Notes under the pieces: model-generated | Told to the model about the DNA's origin: nothing | Seen by the model: only the letters and a program-made list of their open reading frames with translations | Databases searched by the model: none | In this document: one piece after another, positions 16,242-25,439 of the stretch | How the letters are laid out: each line of letters begins with the position of its first letter | Numbering within the stretch: position 1 is the first letter of the stretch | Virus record (IMG/VR): IMGVR_UViG_3300031228_000006 | Coordinates: 1 to 61,388 of that record | Direction: 5' to 3' (one strand) | Length of the DNA: 61,388 nt | Source: a virus | Lineage: Duplodnaviria > Caudoviricetes | Translations under genes and position numbers: made by a program

Positions 16242-16671
16242 GCGCAAGCAGGGCGACATCGCCCTCGTCCGTGGCGCCGTCGCGATGCGGGTCCAGTTCG
16301 ACTGGGACTCCCACGAGACGACCGGCTGGGTCATGCCCGACGGCAAGGTCTTCCCGGACTCGAAGGTCGACGGCGAGATCGGCCCCACGCTGTGGAACGT
16401 CCACGACATCGCGAAGGCGGCAGTCGAACTCTGGCCCGAGATCCCCGAGGAGATCCGGGAGGACCTCCATGGCGCCTGGACCGAGCGCGAGGAGATGATC
16501 TACTGGCACGGCCGCGCGGTCGGGCACGCCTGGAACGACGTCGCCCGTAAGAACGGTCGCTCCGAGGTGATCCGCATCGTCAACCAGATGCACGAGGGTT
16601 CGGTGGGTTACGCCGGGGGCACCCTGAACACCCTGATCGACGAGATCAAAGCGGCGTTCCCCGATGACTGA
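16234..16671 (+). CDS. hypothetical protein
   Basis: Overlapping ORF, 145 aa. Confidence 0.75.
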   Translation: MPERKQGDIALVRGAVAMRVQFDWDSHETTGWVMPDGKVFPDSKVDGEIGPTLWNVHDIAKAAVELWPEIPEEIREDLHGAWTEREEMIYWHGRAVGHAWNDVARKNGRSEVIRIVNQMHEGSVGYAGGTLNTLIDEIKAAFPDD

Positions 16672-17071
16672 GGTCTTCCTGCTCATCCTGACCACGGTCA
16701 TCGTCGTAGTCGCGATCCTCTGGCACCGGCAGATCTCCCTCGGCATGCTCCAGGTCATCGCCGGTCGCAGGATCAAGCGCCCGTTTCTGAGCGCCGAGGA
16801 CCTCGAAGCGCTGGAGATCGAGTGCAAGATCATCGAGGACCCCAAGCCCTTCACCCAGGGCGGAGTCATCCCCAAACCGCCCACCCAGACCACGGCCGGA
16901 ATGGGCCCCATCCCTGCGCGGGTCGAGAACTCTCGCAGGGAGACAGTGACCCGAAAGACCAGCATGGGATTCACGGTCACGTCGACCATCGACATCAACG
17001 TCGTCAATACCCCAGGCGAGCAGATCGCCGCCGCCATCATCAACCAGCAGAGGAGAGCCCACCATGGCTGA
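16664..17071 (+). CDS. membrane-anchored hypothetical protein
   Basis: N-terminal TM helix. Confidence 0.7.
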   Translation: MTEVFLLILTTVIVVVAILWHRQISLGMLQVIAGRRIKRPFLSAEDLEALEIECKIIEDPKPFTQGGVIPKPPTQTTAGMGPIPARVENSRRETVTRKTSMGFTVTSTIDINVVNTPGEQIAAAIINQQRRAHHG

Positions 17072-17273
17072 ACTGACGCCATTCCAGCGTGGCATGATTC
17101 AGATCCGCGATCGCCACAAGCGGAACATCAAGAGCATCGAGGCTAGCCTCGTTGCCGACAAAGAACAGGTCAGGCAGACCGAGAAGGACCTCCGCGAGGC
17201 CAAGGGTCTCCTGGTCGACACCGAGGAGGCCCTGGCCACCCTCGGAATCACCGAGGAGAACACCGATGGCTAA
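17064..17273 (+). CDS. hypothetical protein
   Basis: GAGGAG RBS; ends EENTDG. Confidence 0.75.
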   Translation: MAELTPFQRGMIQIRDRHKRNIKSIEASLVADKEQVRQTEKDLREAKGLLVDTEEALATLGITEENTDG

Positions 17274-17502
17274 CCCCGAGCGAGACGTCAAGGCCACCCT
17301 GATCACCCTCCGGGCGGACCTGGAGAAGCAGATCATGGCCGCCAGGAGCAGAAGGACGAACTACGCCCAACTGTCCGAGGACGCGGCCACCGAGATCAGC
17401 CTGGTGATCCCCGAACTGGAGAAGGTCCGCGTGCTCTGGGACGCCATGGGCATGAAGTGGGACACCGACGAAGACACCGAAGAGGAGAACACCGATGGCT
17501 GA
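17266..17502 (+). CDS. hypothetical protein
   Basis: Starts inside a boundary repeat; ends EENTDG. Confidence 0.75.
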   Translation: MANPERDVKATLITLRADLEKQIMAARSRRTNYAQLSEDAATEISLVIPELEKVRVLWDAMGMKWDTDEDTEEENTDG

Positions 17503-17830
17503 CCACCTGGACCCCAGGGCCGCCCGTCACTATGCCATGGCCCGCTACGACGATCGCCTCACCGAGGCCATCGGCCTGCTAGACGGGAACGGCAATCACT
17601 ACACCGTCTACCCCTCTCGGGCTGACGCTGTCGCTGCCCTGGTCAAGGCTACCGAGGACGCCCCGGCCGACGCACGAGTCACCGGAGAGTACGACATCAG
17701 CCTCATGACGGATCGGCTGGTAGTCGACTGGATGTCCATCGGCCCCCAACCCAAGCCCCTCAGGGCCCATCCACCCTTCACCCGCTGCACCTTGTCCGAA
17801 CTGAGAGAAGAGGAGAACACCGATGGCTGA
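17495..17830 (+). CDS. hypothetical protein
   Basis: Starts inside a boundary repeat; ends EENTDG. Confidence 0.75.
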   Translation: MADHLDPRAARHYAMARYDDRLTEAIGLLDGNGNHYTVYPSRADAVAALVKATEDAPADARVTGEYDISLMTDRLVVDWMSIGPQPKPLRAHPPFTRCTLSELREEENTDG

Positions 17831-18098
17831 CCGCATCGCTATCGACCTGAGCACCGTCCGCGTACCCGAGTCCGGCAGGATCATCTGGCCGAACGGCAAC
17901 GAGGTCACCGCCCAGGAAATCCAGGACGCCCTGGTCGCCTTCAAGGTCGGCCGCCGCATCGAGCGCGAGGAGTCCGTCAAGGTGGCCGAGAACCAGATGG
18001 ACGCCTTTCTGCCCAGCCCCGGCCTCAACCCCGCCTGGGTCGCTGGGTGGCACGCCGCCATCCGGCACGCCACGCTCGCCCTCAAGCGAGGTTTCTGA
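17823..18098 (+). CDS. hypothetical protein
   Basis: Starts inside a boundary repeat. Confidence 0.75.
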   Translation: MADRIAIDLSTVRVPESGRIIWPNGNEVTAQEIQDALVAFKVGRRIEREESVKVAENQMDAFLPSPGLNPAWVAGWHAAIRHATLALKRGF

Positions 18099-18460
18099 TG
18101 ACCGACTTCGACAAGGGCATCGAGATCGTCGGGTCAGCCCGGGAGCAACTGGCCGCCAAGGTGATCGCGAAGACGCCCAAGGCCAAGCGCGCCGCCCCGC
18201 TCCCGGCCACCCCGCCGGAGGATGAGGTGGCGTCGCCCTGGCTGAACATGGACGCCATCTTGCAGGAGATCCGCCGGGATTATGACTTCCAGGCTCAGCG
18301 GTTCATCCTCAACAAGTGGGCCACCCAGGTCTACCGGGGCGCCTTCGAGGATGGCGCCGAGAACGTCGGCTCGTGCTGCGGATGCTCGATCAACGGGAAG
18401 CCGGTCAACCCCTTCACTCAGGAGTTGCTCTTCCCCGAGGGAGATGTGCTCGATGGCTGA
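18098..18460 (+). CDS. hypothetical protein
   Basis: TGATG coupling; begins MTDFDKG. Confidence 0.7.
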   Translation: MTDFDKGIEIVGSAREQLAAKVIAKTPKAKRAAPLPATPPEDEVASPWLNMDAILQEIRRDYDFQAQRFILNKWATQVYRGAFEDGAENVGSCCGCSINGKPVNPFTQELLFPEGDVLDG

Positions 18461-18683
18461 ATCGATCCAGATCACCATCACCGGCGAAGAGCAGCGGGAG
18501 GTGAACACCAGGATCTCCGACGAGATTACGGAGATCCTGGCCGATCTCGACTTCTGGTTCGACCAGAAAGAGCGTGGAGGAGAGGACTGGCCGCTCAGAA
18601 AGCGCCTCGCGGCGGTCAAGGCGTCCGGCCTCTCGGACATCTCCGACGCCTACGAGGAATACATCCATGAAGCCAACCTCTGA
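18453..18683 (+). CDS. hypothetical protein
   Basis: ATGGCTGA overlap; begins MAESIQI. Confidence 0.7.
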   Translation: MAESIQITITGEEQREVNTRISDEITEILADLDFWFDQKERGGEDWPLRKRLAAVKASGLSDISDAYEEYIHEANL

Positions 18684-19284
18684 CGACTTCAAACCCCGCA
18701 AGGACGGCTGGTTCGGCCACAAGGGGATCTGGGACGAGGTCACCGTCGGAACGGTGGTGGCCAACCCCCACAAGCGCACCGAGCGGTGGGAGGTGCTCGA
18801 CACCGCCCACGGCGCCGCGATCAACTACGGCGAGACGCTCTGGTTCAAGATGCGTGAACAGACCACCGGCGCCGAGGCCACCTTCCCCCCCAGGATCAAG
18901 ACCATGCCGGTCGAGATCCTCACCCAGAACCCGGCCGACACCACCACCCCCGTTTACACGCCTCCCTCAGACTCGGACGCCATGGCGCTCCTGGTCGAGC
19001 AACTCGGCGCCACGCTGATCGCTACCCGCGATGAGGCCACCGGCGAGGTGACGTGCCCTGGCTACGAGTGGGGCCACGGGCACCAGGAGGGTCCCGGCTC
19101 GGAAAGTCTGCGAGCCGGGATCCTCTACCACCTCCAGGTCGGCCACGGGCTCACGTACCAGCCGACCGGCCGGGTGGACGAGGACACCATGGCCATAGCC
19201 CGTTTACACGACCAGGGTCATCGTCAGCCGAGTGGCGTTGGCTTCCCGCACCGACACGTCCCCGAGGACCTGTCTTTCATGTAA
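18667..19284 (+). CDS. hypothetical protein
   Basis: Begins MKPTSDDF; His-rich C-terminus. Confidence 0.75.
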   Translation: MKPTSDDFKPRKDGWFGHKGIWDEVTVGTVVANPHKRTERWEVLDTAHGAAINYGETLWFKMREQTTGAEATFPPRIKTMPVEILTQNPADTTTPVYTPPSDSDAMALLVEQLGATLIATRDEATGEVTCPGYEWGHGHQEGPGSESLRAGILYHLQVGHGLTYQPTGRVDEDTMAIARLHDQGHRQPSGVGFPHRHVPEDLSFM

Positions 19285-19292
19285 GGAGCATC

Positions 19293-19673
19293 ATGACCAC
19301 CTACCGATTCGTCATGAGCGCCGCTCAGGTCCTGAGCGAGCAAAAAGTTACCGAAGGCTGGACCCTCCAGGGTCAGCCCGACACCAAGCACGTCTCGATC
19401 CTGGCCGAGAACACTGGGGACGCCATCCGGAAGTCCCTCAGTCTGCTCCCCGAGTTCGCAGGGGACATGGAGTGGCGCTTCGAGATCGACTCGATCATCG
19501 AGCAGGACCCCGAGTCGGAACTGATCACGGTCGACGAGGTCAGCCCGCCGACGACCTACAACGTCCAGATAGAGTTCGGACCCAGGTCCTCGGTCGCACT
19601 ACGAGCAATGCGGGACGCTATCCGTGACTCCCTCAACAACATCGCCCACAACATCCGCCGCATCGGATCCTGA
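19293..19673 (+). CDS. hypothetical protein
   Basis: AAGGAG RBS. Confidence 0.75.
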   Translation: MTTYRFVMSAAQVLSEQKVTEGWTLQGQPDTKHVSILAENTGDAIRKSLSLLPEFAGDMEWRFEIDSIIEQDPESELITVDEVSPPTTYNVQIEFGPRSSVALRAMRDAIRDSLNNIAHNIRRIGS

Positions 19674-19688
19674 TCTCACATCCTGAGA
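19674..19688. promoter_or_regulatory. Palindromic operator variant TCTCA-N5-TGAGA
   Basis: TCTCAcatccTGAGA, followed by a GC hairpin. Confidence 0.55.
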
Positions 19689-19762
19689 CGCCCCGGTCCT
19701 CCTCGGAGGGCCGGGGCGCTAGTGTTCACCCATCGCCTTACCCGATCTCCCCAGGAGGAATC

Positions 19763-20239
19763 ATGAACATCTTCGACGGCATCGCCAACGTCTTCCAGAA
19801 GGGCGTCATGGACACCGAGGAGGAGACCGACCAGAAGGTCAACCCGTTCCCGAACGGGCCGGTCACCTACAAGACCATGACCAACGGTCAGATCCGTCGT
19901 CAGCGGGCCCGTGCCGGGAGGACCCGCCAGCGCAAGCAGGTCGAGAGGGCCCGGCGCCAGCACTTCGCCGACAAGCGCGAGGCCAGCGTCCTGCGTGCCC
20001 ATCTCCAGAACCTCGCCGTCATGCCCCGCCACGACGGCTACTCGCTCCCGAGCGACGTCAGCCGGTTCGCCCACTCGCTCGACTGGGTCGTCCGCAACTT
20101 CACCACCGACGAGGACCACGCCGACGAGAGCCAGAAGTGGATCGTGGAGACCGGCGCCCAGAAGGCGTACGACCGCTACCGTGACCTGGTCAACCAGCCG
20201 CACCGCCCGATCTCGGAGACCGGCTGGAAGTCACTCTGA
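19763..20239 (+). CDS. hypothetical protein
   Basis: AGGAGG RBS. Confidence 0.8.
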   Translation: MNIFDGIANVFQKGVMDTEEETDQKVNPFPNGPVTYKTMTNGQIRRQRARAGRTRQRKQVERARRQHFADKREASVLRAHLQNLAVMPRHDGYSLPSDVSRFAHSLDWVVRNFTTDEDHADESQKWIVETGAQKAYDRYRDLVNQPHRPISETGWKSL

Positions 20240-20424
20240 TGTGGCTCTGGTACGTGTGGGACAACGGCAACCGGATCTACGCGATCTACATGACCCCGGA
20301 GGCCGCGATCATGCGCCAGACGGCCGAGGGGTACGGCACCATTGCTCTGATCCCCGCCGGTGAGGATGTCCCCGACGTCGAGGCGGCCATCAAGTCCTAC
20401 GAGCGGGAGGCGCGCAAGCCATGA
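20239..20424 (+). CDS. hypothetical protein
   Basis: TGATG coupling. Confidence 0.7.
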   Translation: MWLWYVWDNGNRIYAIYMTPEAAIMRQTAEGYGTIALIPAGEDVPDVEAAIKSYEREARKP

Positions 20425-21458
20425 GTATGGACTTCGATGACTTCTTCGACACGACGATCGGCCCGGCGCGCGACAAGCACGAGCGCCCGCTCCTGATCCC
20501 TCGCGGCGGCACCGAGGACGACCGGAAGCCCTACACCAGGGCGTCCAGCCTCGCGGACATGATCGAGGACTTCACCTTCCTGCACACCTGGGAGAAGCGG
20601 TACCTCGCGCGCGGCATGGCGCTCCGGATGGACCTGTGTCGCCTCGCCGCCGCCGAGCCCTACACCACCGGGTTCGACAAGGGCGAGGACGCCATCAACC
20701 GGGCCTCGGGCAAGCGCCTGGACGAGATCATCGAGCGGGCCCTGGACGCCGTCAAGATCCACGAGAAGGCGGACTACGGGACCGCCGTCCACGCTCGCAC
20801 CGAGCCGGGCAACGACGGCACCGACCCCGACCAGAAGCAGCAGATCGAGGTCCGATCCTTCTGGGAGAAGGTCAAGGAACTCGGGATCGTCATCATCGAC
20901 ACCGAGGTCTTCACGGCCAACGACGAACTCGGGTCGGCGGGCACCTTCGACCACCTGATGTACGTCCCCGGGATCGGCATCGTGGTGACGGACAAGAAGA
21001 CCTCGTCCAAGGCCAAGGAGACCTACGACGTCCAGTTGGCTGGGTACGCCAACTCCGATGTCTGCGACTACCAGGGAAAGAACCGCCAGACCCTGGAGGA
21101 GTTCGTCGAGTCCAAGGGCTGGTCGCCGGATCTCATCCGTCGAGACATCGGCTACCTGATCTGGATCAAGAACGGGAAGACCACCTTCCATCCTCTCGAC
21201 CTGGACGCGGGCTACGAGGCTGCCAAGGTGGCCGCCTGGGTCCGCGACAACCACCGCACCAAGGGGTCGGCGAAGAACGCCACCGACGACCTGATCAAGG
21301 GCCTGGCCGAGCAACGTGGCATCCTCCTGGAGGCCATCGTGGCGGCCGAGTCCGAGCAGGAACTTCTCGAGATCTGGGAATGGCCCGAGCACCAGGCTAT
21401 CTGGACCGATACCCACACCGAGGCAGCAAAGACACGAAAGGCGGCGCTCACCTCATGA
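20421..21458 (+). CDS. PD-(D/E)XK (RecB/Cas4-like) exonuclease
   Basis: GTAVH...E...AGTFD...VTDKKTS...QLAGYA motifs. Confidence 0.85.
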   Translation: MSMDFDDFFDTTIGPARDKHERPLLIPRGGTEDDRKPYTRASSLADMIEDFTFLHTWEKRYLARGMALRMDLCRLAAAEPYTTGFDKGEDAINRASGKRLDEIIERALDAVKIHEKADYGTAVHARTEPGNDGTDPDQKQQIEVRSFWEKVKELGIVIIDTEVFTANDELGSAGTFDHLMYVPGIGIVVTDKKTSSKAKETYDVQLAGYANSDVCDYQGKNRQTLEEFVESKGWSPDLIRRDIGYLIWIKNGKTTFHPLDLDAGYEAAKVAAWVRDNHRTKGSAKNATDDLIKGLAEQRGILLEAIVAAESEQELLEIWEWPEHQAIWTDTHTEAAKTRKAALTS

Positions 21459-21790
21459 CATTCGACCCGAGCAACCACGAGCACGACGATCAAGACCGCT
21501 GCCTGGACAGCGAGGGCGAGCCCATCGTGCTGGCCGAGTCGGCCGCCCACGCCACTCCCCAGTGGATGTGGTCCTGGTGGGAGGTCCCTGCCGTCCTTGC
21601 TTCCATGGCGAGCGGCATCGGCCGGGAGATCCACCAGGCCATGGCCTACCTCTCCCGTGAGTTCCTGGCGGCAGGCAACCTGTCCCGGACCAAGCGGGTC
21701 GCCTTCGAGCAGGAGGTCCACATGGCCCAACGCCGTCAGCAGATCGCCGACGACATTCGGCGACTCCAGGAAGGTGACTCCGATGGGTGA
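21455..21790 (+). CDS. hypothetical protein
   Basis: ATGA overlap. Confidence 0.7.
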   Translation: MTFDPSNHEHDDQDRCLDSEGEPIVLAESAAHATPQWMWSWWEVPAVLASMASGIGREIHQAMAYLSREFLAAGNLSRTKRVAFEQEVHMAQRRQQIADDIRRLQEGDSDG

Positions 21791-22007
21791 ACTCGCCGAC
21801 TGGGCCGACTACGTCATCCGTACGGAGACCAACGAGACCCTGGTAGATGGCCGCCAGGTCATCACCGTCAAGACCAGCCTCGCGCTCGATGACGAGCGCC
21901 TGCGGGCCGCGATCGACGAGATCTGCCCCGACCACGACGGCTTCATCGTGGGGCTGGAGCCGGACGAACTCTACATCTACAAGAACCCGGAGGCCATCGA
22001 TGGCTGA
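21783..22007 (+). CDS. hypothetical protein
   Basis: ATGGGTGA overlap. Confidence 0.7.
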   Translation: MGELADWADYVIRTETNETLVDGRQVITVKTSLALDDERLRAAIDEICPDHDGFIVGLEPDELYIYKNPEAIDG

Positions 22008-22245
22008 GACCGAGGCACCGTCGCTCGACGACGCCCAGGACATGGTCGCCATGGACTGGAAGCGCGACGACGACAAGTTCACGATCACCCTGAAGTACGG
22101 CCACGCCGAGGTCGTGATCACCGACACCCAGACCGAGTTCGAGGACGGCCAGCCCGGCGACCTCGAACTGCTCTTCGCGACGTTGCCCGAGTGCATCGAA
22201 CTCGTGATGCAGCAGGCTTTCCCCAAGGAGGAAAACGATGGGTGA
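22000..22245 (+). CDS. acidic hypothetical protein
   Basis: GGAGG RBS, ATGGCTGA overlap. Confidence 0.7.
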   Translation: MAETEAPSLDDAQDMVAMDWKRDDDKFTITLKYGHAEVVITDTQTEFEDGQPGDLELLFATLPECIELVMQQAFPKEENDG

Positions 22246-23029
22246 CGCCGTCAACAACCCCGACCACTACCAGCAGTTCCCGGTCGAGGTCATCGAGATC
22301 ACCGAGCACCTGAACTTCTGCATGGGCAACGCCGTGAAGTACATCCTCCGGGCCGACTTCAAGGGCAACGCCATCCAGGACTTGGAGAAGGCCCGCTGGT
22401 ACATCGATCGTGAGATCCGGCGCCGCAAGGAGCAGGACGACGCCGTCGACCAGGCTCTGGAGGACCTGAAGGTAGGCGACGACCCTGCTGTTCAGTGGGG
22501 CGACCCCGAGACGCCCACCCAGAAGGCCCGCGCAGAGGCCATCCGCGATCTCATCGAAGACGACGTGATCCAGGTCGGCCTGTCTGACCCTTATGGCGCC
22601 TTCGCCGGTCGCAATCTGGAGGCCATGGACCGCGTCGGCTTCAACACGATGCACGCCGCCGCCCTCGCCCAGAACGGCCTCTTTCAGCAAACCTTCATAG
22701 CGGGGATTGCCGAGGAGGACCTCACCGAGGAGCAGAAGCAGAGGGTCGCCGAACAGACGGCCAAGCCGAGATTCTCGAACCTCAAGCCGACGCACCGGAA
22801 GAACCCCGACGGCTCGATCACCGAGATCTCCACCGGCAAGGTCGTTGCCCACGTCTCGGGCCCGCCGATCGAGATCAAGTCCTTCAACTGGGTTGAGGAC
22901 TACGACGCCGAGCACCGGAAGTTCGCGAAGTTCCCCGTGCAGGACCTGAGCAAGTACCAGGATGCGTTCGACGACACCATCAGGACGATGGTTCGCATGT
23001 ACGCCGTCCCGCCCGAGCAACACCCGTAG
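22238..23029 (+). CDS. DUF3310-like (T7 gp1.7-related) domain protein with long C-terminal extension
   Basis: DAVNNPDHY...EVIE...NFCMGNAVKYILRA..KG...QDLEKARWYI. Confidence 0.8.
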   Translation: MGDAVNNPDHYQQFPVEVIEITEHLNFCMGNAVKYILRADFKGNAIQDLEKARWYIDREIRRRKEQDDAVDQALEDLKVGDDPAVQWGDPETPTQKARAEAIRDLIEDDVIQVGLSDPYGAFAGRNLEAMDRVGFNTMHAAALAQNGLFQQTFIAGIAEEDLTEEQKQRVAEQTAKPRFSNLKPTHRKNPDGSITEISTGKVVAHVSGPPIEIKSFNWVEDYDAEHRKFAKFPVQDLSKYQDAFDDTIRTMVRMYAVPPEQHP

Positions 23030-23030
23030 A

Positions 23031-23045
23031 TCTCACCATGTGGAC
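23031..23045 (+). promoter_or_regulatory. TCTCA-N5-TGGAC operator-like site upstream of the SSB-like gene
   Basis: TCTCAccatgTGGAC. Confidence 0.6.
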
Positions 23046-23164
23046 GCCTCCGACCCCCTGTCGGAGGCGTCTGCTAGTGTCAAACCCGCCGCACCGCGCA
23101 ATAGTGGAGCGGAAGGTCCGGGAGTACCAAAGCGGCTCTCGTGAAAGTGCCATAGGAGGCAACA

Positions 23165-23962
23165 ATGACCGACAACTTCTTCGACATCGGTGGCGGCGCG
23201 ACCGCCCCCGGCCCCAGGATGAAGGTCGTGGGCGACTGGGTCGCTGGCACCGTCGTCGAGTCCTACAAGCGGGAGTTCGTCCCCTTCGAGAACAGCGAGT
23301 CGAAGATCCCGCAGCGGATCATCGACCCGAAGACTGGCGTCGAGCGCGCCCGGATCGAGATGGTCGTCATCCTCCAGACCGACCTGCGCCAGTGGCAGGG
23401 CCTGGAGAAGGTTCCGCTCGTGGACCCCAAGGACCCCTCGAAGGGCTACAAGGACCCCTCCCAGGACGACGGCAAGCGCGGCCTGTACGTCCCGGAGATG
23501 GTGAAGGGCGCTGGCCACAACAGCGTCGTCTTCGCCATCGGCAAGGCGATCCAGGACGCTCGGATGGACGGTCTCCCCGACGGCTCGCAGGTCGCTCTCA
23601 AGTTGACCGAACTGAAGCCGACCAACAAGGGCAACGACCTGAAGGTCTTCGTCGCCCAGGTCAAGCCTCCCGCTGGCAACGCCGATGTCTTCGGCTCGGT
23701 CCCCCAGGCTCCGGCCCAGGCCGTCCAGGCGCCGCAGAACAACGTCGCGGCTCCTGCCCCGGTCCAGGCTCCTGCTCAGCCCCCGGCCGCCCCCCAGGCA
23801 CCTGCCGCCCCGGCCGCTCCGGTAGCCCCCCAGGCCCCGGCAGCGCCCGCCGCACCTGCGGCTCCCGCCCCGGCCCCGGCTGCACCTGCCGCCCCGGCCG
23901 CGCCCGCCCAGGTCGACCCCTGGTCTGGCGAGTCGGCTCCCGCCGCTCAGCCGCCGTTCTGA
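23165..23962 (+). CDS. single-stranded DNA-binding protein-like (OB-like core, Pro/Ala tail, DPW...PPF end)
   Basis: Beta-rich N-terminal domain, long disordered P/A tail, C-terminal PF, position next to the exonuclease and resolvase genes. Confidence 0.6.
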   Translation: MTDNFFDIGGGATAPGPRMKVVGDWVAGTVVESYKREFVPFENSESKIPQRIIDPKTGVERARIEMVVILQTDLRQWQGLEKVPLVDPKDPSKGYKDPSQDDGKRGLYVPEMVKGAGHNSVVFAIGKAIQDARMDGLPDGSQVALKLTELKPTNKGNDLKVFVAQVKPPAGNADVFGSVPQAPAQAVQAPQNNVAAPAPVQAPAQPPAAPQAPAAPAAPVAPQAPAAPAAPAAPAPAPAAPAAPAAPAQVDPWSGESAPAAQPPF

Positions 23963-23968
23963 TCCCCG

Positions 23969-24015
23969 AGGGGGCCAGGTCTGAGTTCGCTCGGATCTGG
24001 CCCCCTTTTTCTTTA
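23969..24015 (+). terminator. Intrinsic terminator
   Basis: AGGGGGCCAGGTCTGAG-TTCG-CTCGGATCTGGCCCCCT followed by TTTTTCTTT. Confidence 0.85.
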
Positions 24016-24032
24016 TCCACTGGAGGTACGCA

Positions 24033-24302
24033 ATGCCTGAATCACCCCGCAAGCACCTGGTCGAGGTCGCCGTGGTCGACTTCGACAAGGGCACCATCAC
24101 CCTCGACGGTGAGGAGTTCCCCTACCACGTCAGCGAGGAGGTCTCGGCCACCGTTGGCACCACCGGAATGGCGACCCTGAACCTGAAGATCCAGATCAAC
24201 ACCAAGGTGCACCTGAAGAACGGGCCCTCGGAGTCCATCATGTACACCCAGCCGGACCCCTTCCGCCCTCACCTCCCGGTCGATCGCCGTGGCGAAGACT
24301 AG
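24033..24302 (+). CDS. hypothetical protein
   Basis: GGAGGT RBS. Confidence 0.75.
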   Translation: MPESPRKHLVEVAVVDFDKGTITLDGEEFPYHVSEEVSATVGTTGMATLNLKIQINTKVHLKNGPSESIMYTQPDPFRPHLPVDRRGED

Positions 24303-24960
24303 GCCGTGTAAACACGCCAAGACGATCGGCTGCCCCTACCCGGCCGCGAAGTCTCGGCAGACCTGTATCTGGCACTGGCTGGAAAATCAGCCCGCCAGGA
24401 TCCAGGAGGCCTATGCCCAGCAGCGCCGCGAGAATTCCCTGAAGGTGATCGAGAAACTCAGGTTTCGCGTGCCTGAGTCCGAATGGCCGAACGGCGAGAG
24501 ATTCTGCTCGCTCTGCCAGGGCTTCGTCCCGCTCTTCTACTGCTCGGGCTCGCGCTGCAAGGCCCACGCCAGCAAGGCCAGCCACGCCAGCGCGGTGAAG
24601 TCGAAGTACGGCCTCGAAGACGGGGAGTACGACGCCCTCATGGCTCGGCAGGGCGGCCGGTGCGCTATCTGTCTGGGGCGCCCTCAGGGCAAGCGGTTCG
24701 CCGTGGACCACCACCACCAGACCCTGGAGAACCGGGGCATCCTGTGCTCGCGCTGCAACCACGAGTTGCTCGGGGCGGCCCACGACGACCCGAAAATGCT
24801 CTGGAGGGCCCTGGCGTACCTGCTGATGCCCCCGGCCCAGTTCTCAGCCTCCAAGCGCAACAGGGACGCCCTGCTGGCCCGCCTGGCAGAGGTTTTAACC
24901 CCGGTCACCGTCTTGCGTACGCCGCCCAGCCTGGGGGATGATGAGAGACCGCCCTTCTGA
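24289..24960 (+). CDS. endonuclease VII family protein (Holliday junction resolvase-like)
   Basis: KYGL...Y..L...QGGRCAIC...AVDHHH...RGILCSRCN..LG; ends DDERPPF. Confidence 0.85.
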   Translation: MAKTRPCKHAKTIGCPYPAAKSRQTCIWHWLENQPARIQEAYAQQRRENSLKVIEKLRFRVPESEWPNGERFCSLCQGFVPLFYCSGSRCKAHASKASHASAVKSKYGLEDGEYDALMARQGGRCAICLGRPQGKRFAVDHHHQTLENRGILCSRCNHELLGAAHDDPKMLWRALAYLLMPPAQFSASKRNRDALLARLAEVLTPVTVLRTPPSLGDDERPPF

Positions 24961-25310
24961 TGGGCGGTCGAAAAGATCCCGAGGCTCGGCGCCAGTACGA
25001 CGCCGAATACCGCGCTGCCAATCGCGAGAAGATCGTTGACACTGTCAGGTGGATCAAGATTCTTCAGAAGTTTGGCCTAACCAAAGAAGCGTGGCACGCA
25101 CTGCTGGATTCCCAAGGCGGAAGATGCGCAGTCTGCGGAAGTGATTCACCCGGCGGCAGGGGGCAGTGGCACACAGACCACTGCCACAAAACGAACAAGG
25201 TTCGCGGCCTACTATGCGCCGGGTGCAACCGTGGAATCGGACTCCTAAAAGACGATCCAAACGTCCTTCTAGCCGCCGCCATCTATCTAGAACTGAACTC
25301 ACCTGAGTAG
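24960..25310 (+). CDS. second endonuclease VII family protein (lower GC, possibly homing)
   Basis: KFGLT...QGGRCAVC...TDHCH.T.KVRGLLC..CN.GIG..KDD. Confidence 0.85.
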   Translation: MGGRKDPEARRQYDAEYRAANREKIVDTVRWIKILQKFGLTKEAWHALLDSQGGRCAVCGSDSPGGRGQWHTDHCHKTNKVRGLLCAGCNRGIGLLKDDPNVLLAAAIYLELNSPE

Positions 25311-25314
25311 CGAA

Positions 25315-25428
25315 GCAACTCGACCCCGGACTCATTCGATCCGGGGTCGAGTTGCACCTGAGGTAGCGAATCTCGGCTAGCCCCAGCATACGCGACAGCG
25401 CCCCTGGTCAATGACCAGGGGCGCTGTC
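25315..25428. terminator. Two hairpins at the convergence of the two genome arms
   Basis: GCAACTCGACCCCGGA/TCCGGGGTCGAGTTGC (25315-25355) and GACAGCGCCCCTGGTC/GACCAGGGGCGCTGTC (25394-25428). Confidence 0.75.
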
Positions 25429-25439
25429 TGTACGGTGAG

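Larger units (their letters stand above)
17253..17832 (+). repeat. Three 23-bp gene-boundary direct repeats GAGGAGAACACCGATGGCTRACC
   Basis: Copies at 17253, 17482 and 17810; each contains an RBS, the next ATG and the previous stop. Confidence 0.9.

Noticed and set aside
17253-17832. CRISPR array or attC cassette array
   Set aside because: The spacers are whole genes of 200-300 bp, the repeats are non-palindromic RBS/start/stop units, and no integrase is present.
23700-23960. GC-rich tandem repeats
   Set aside because: They simply encode the Pro/Ala linker of the SSB-like protein.
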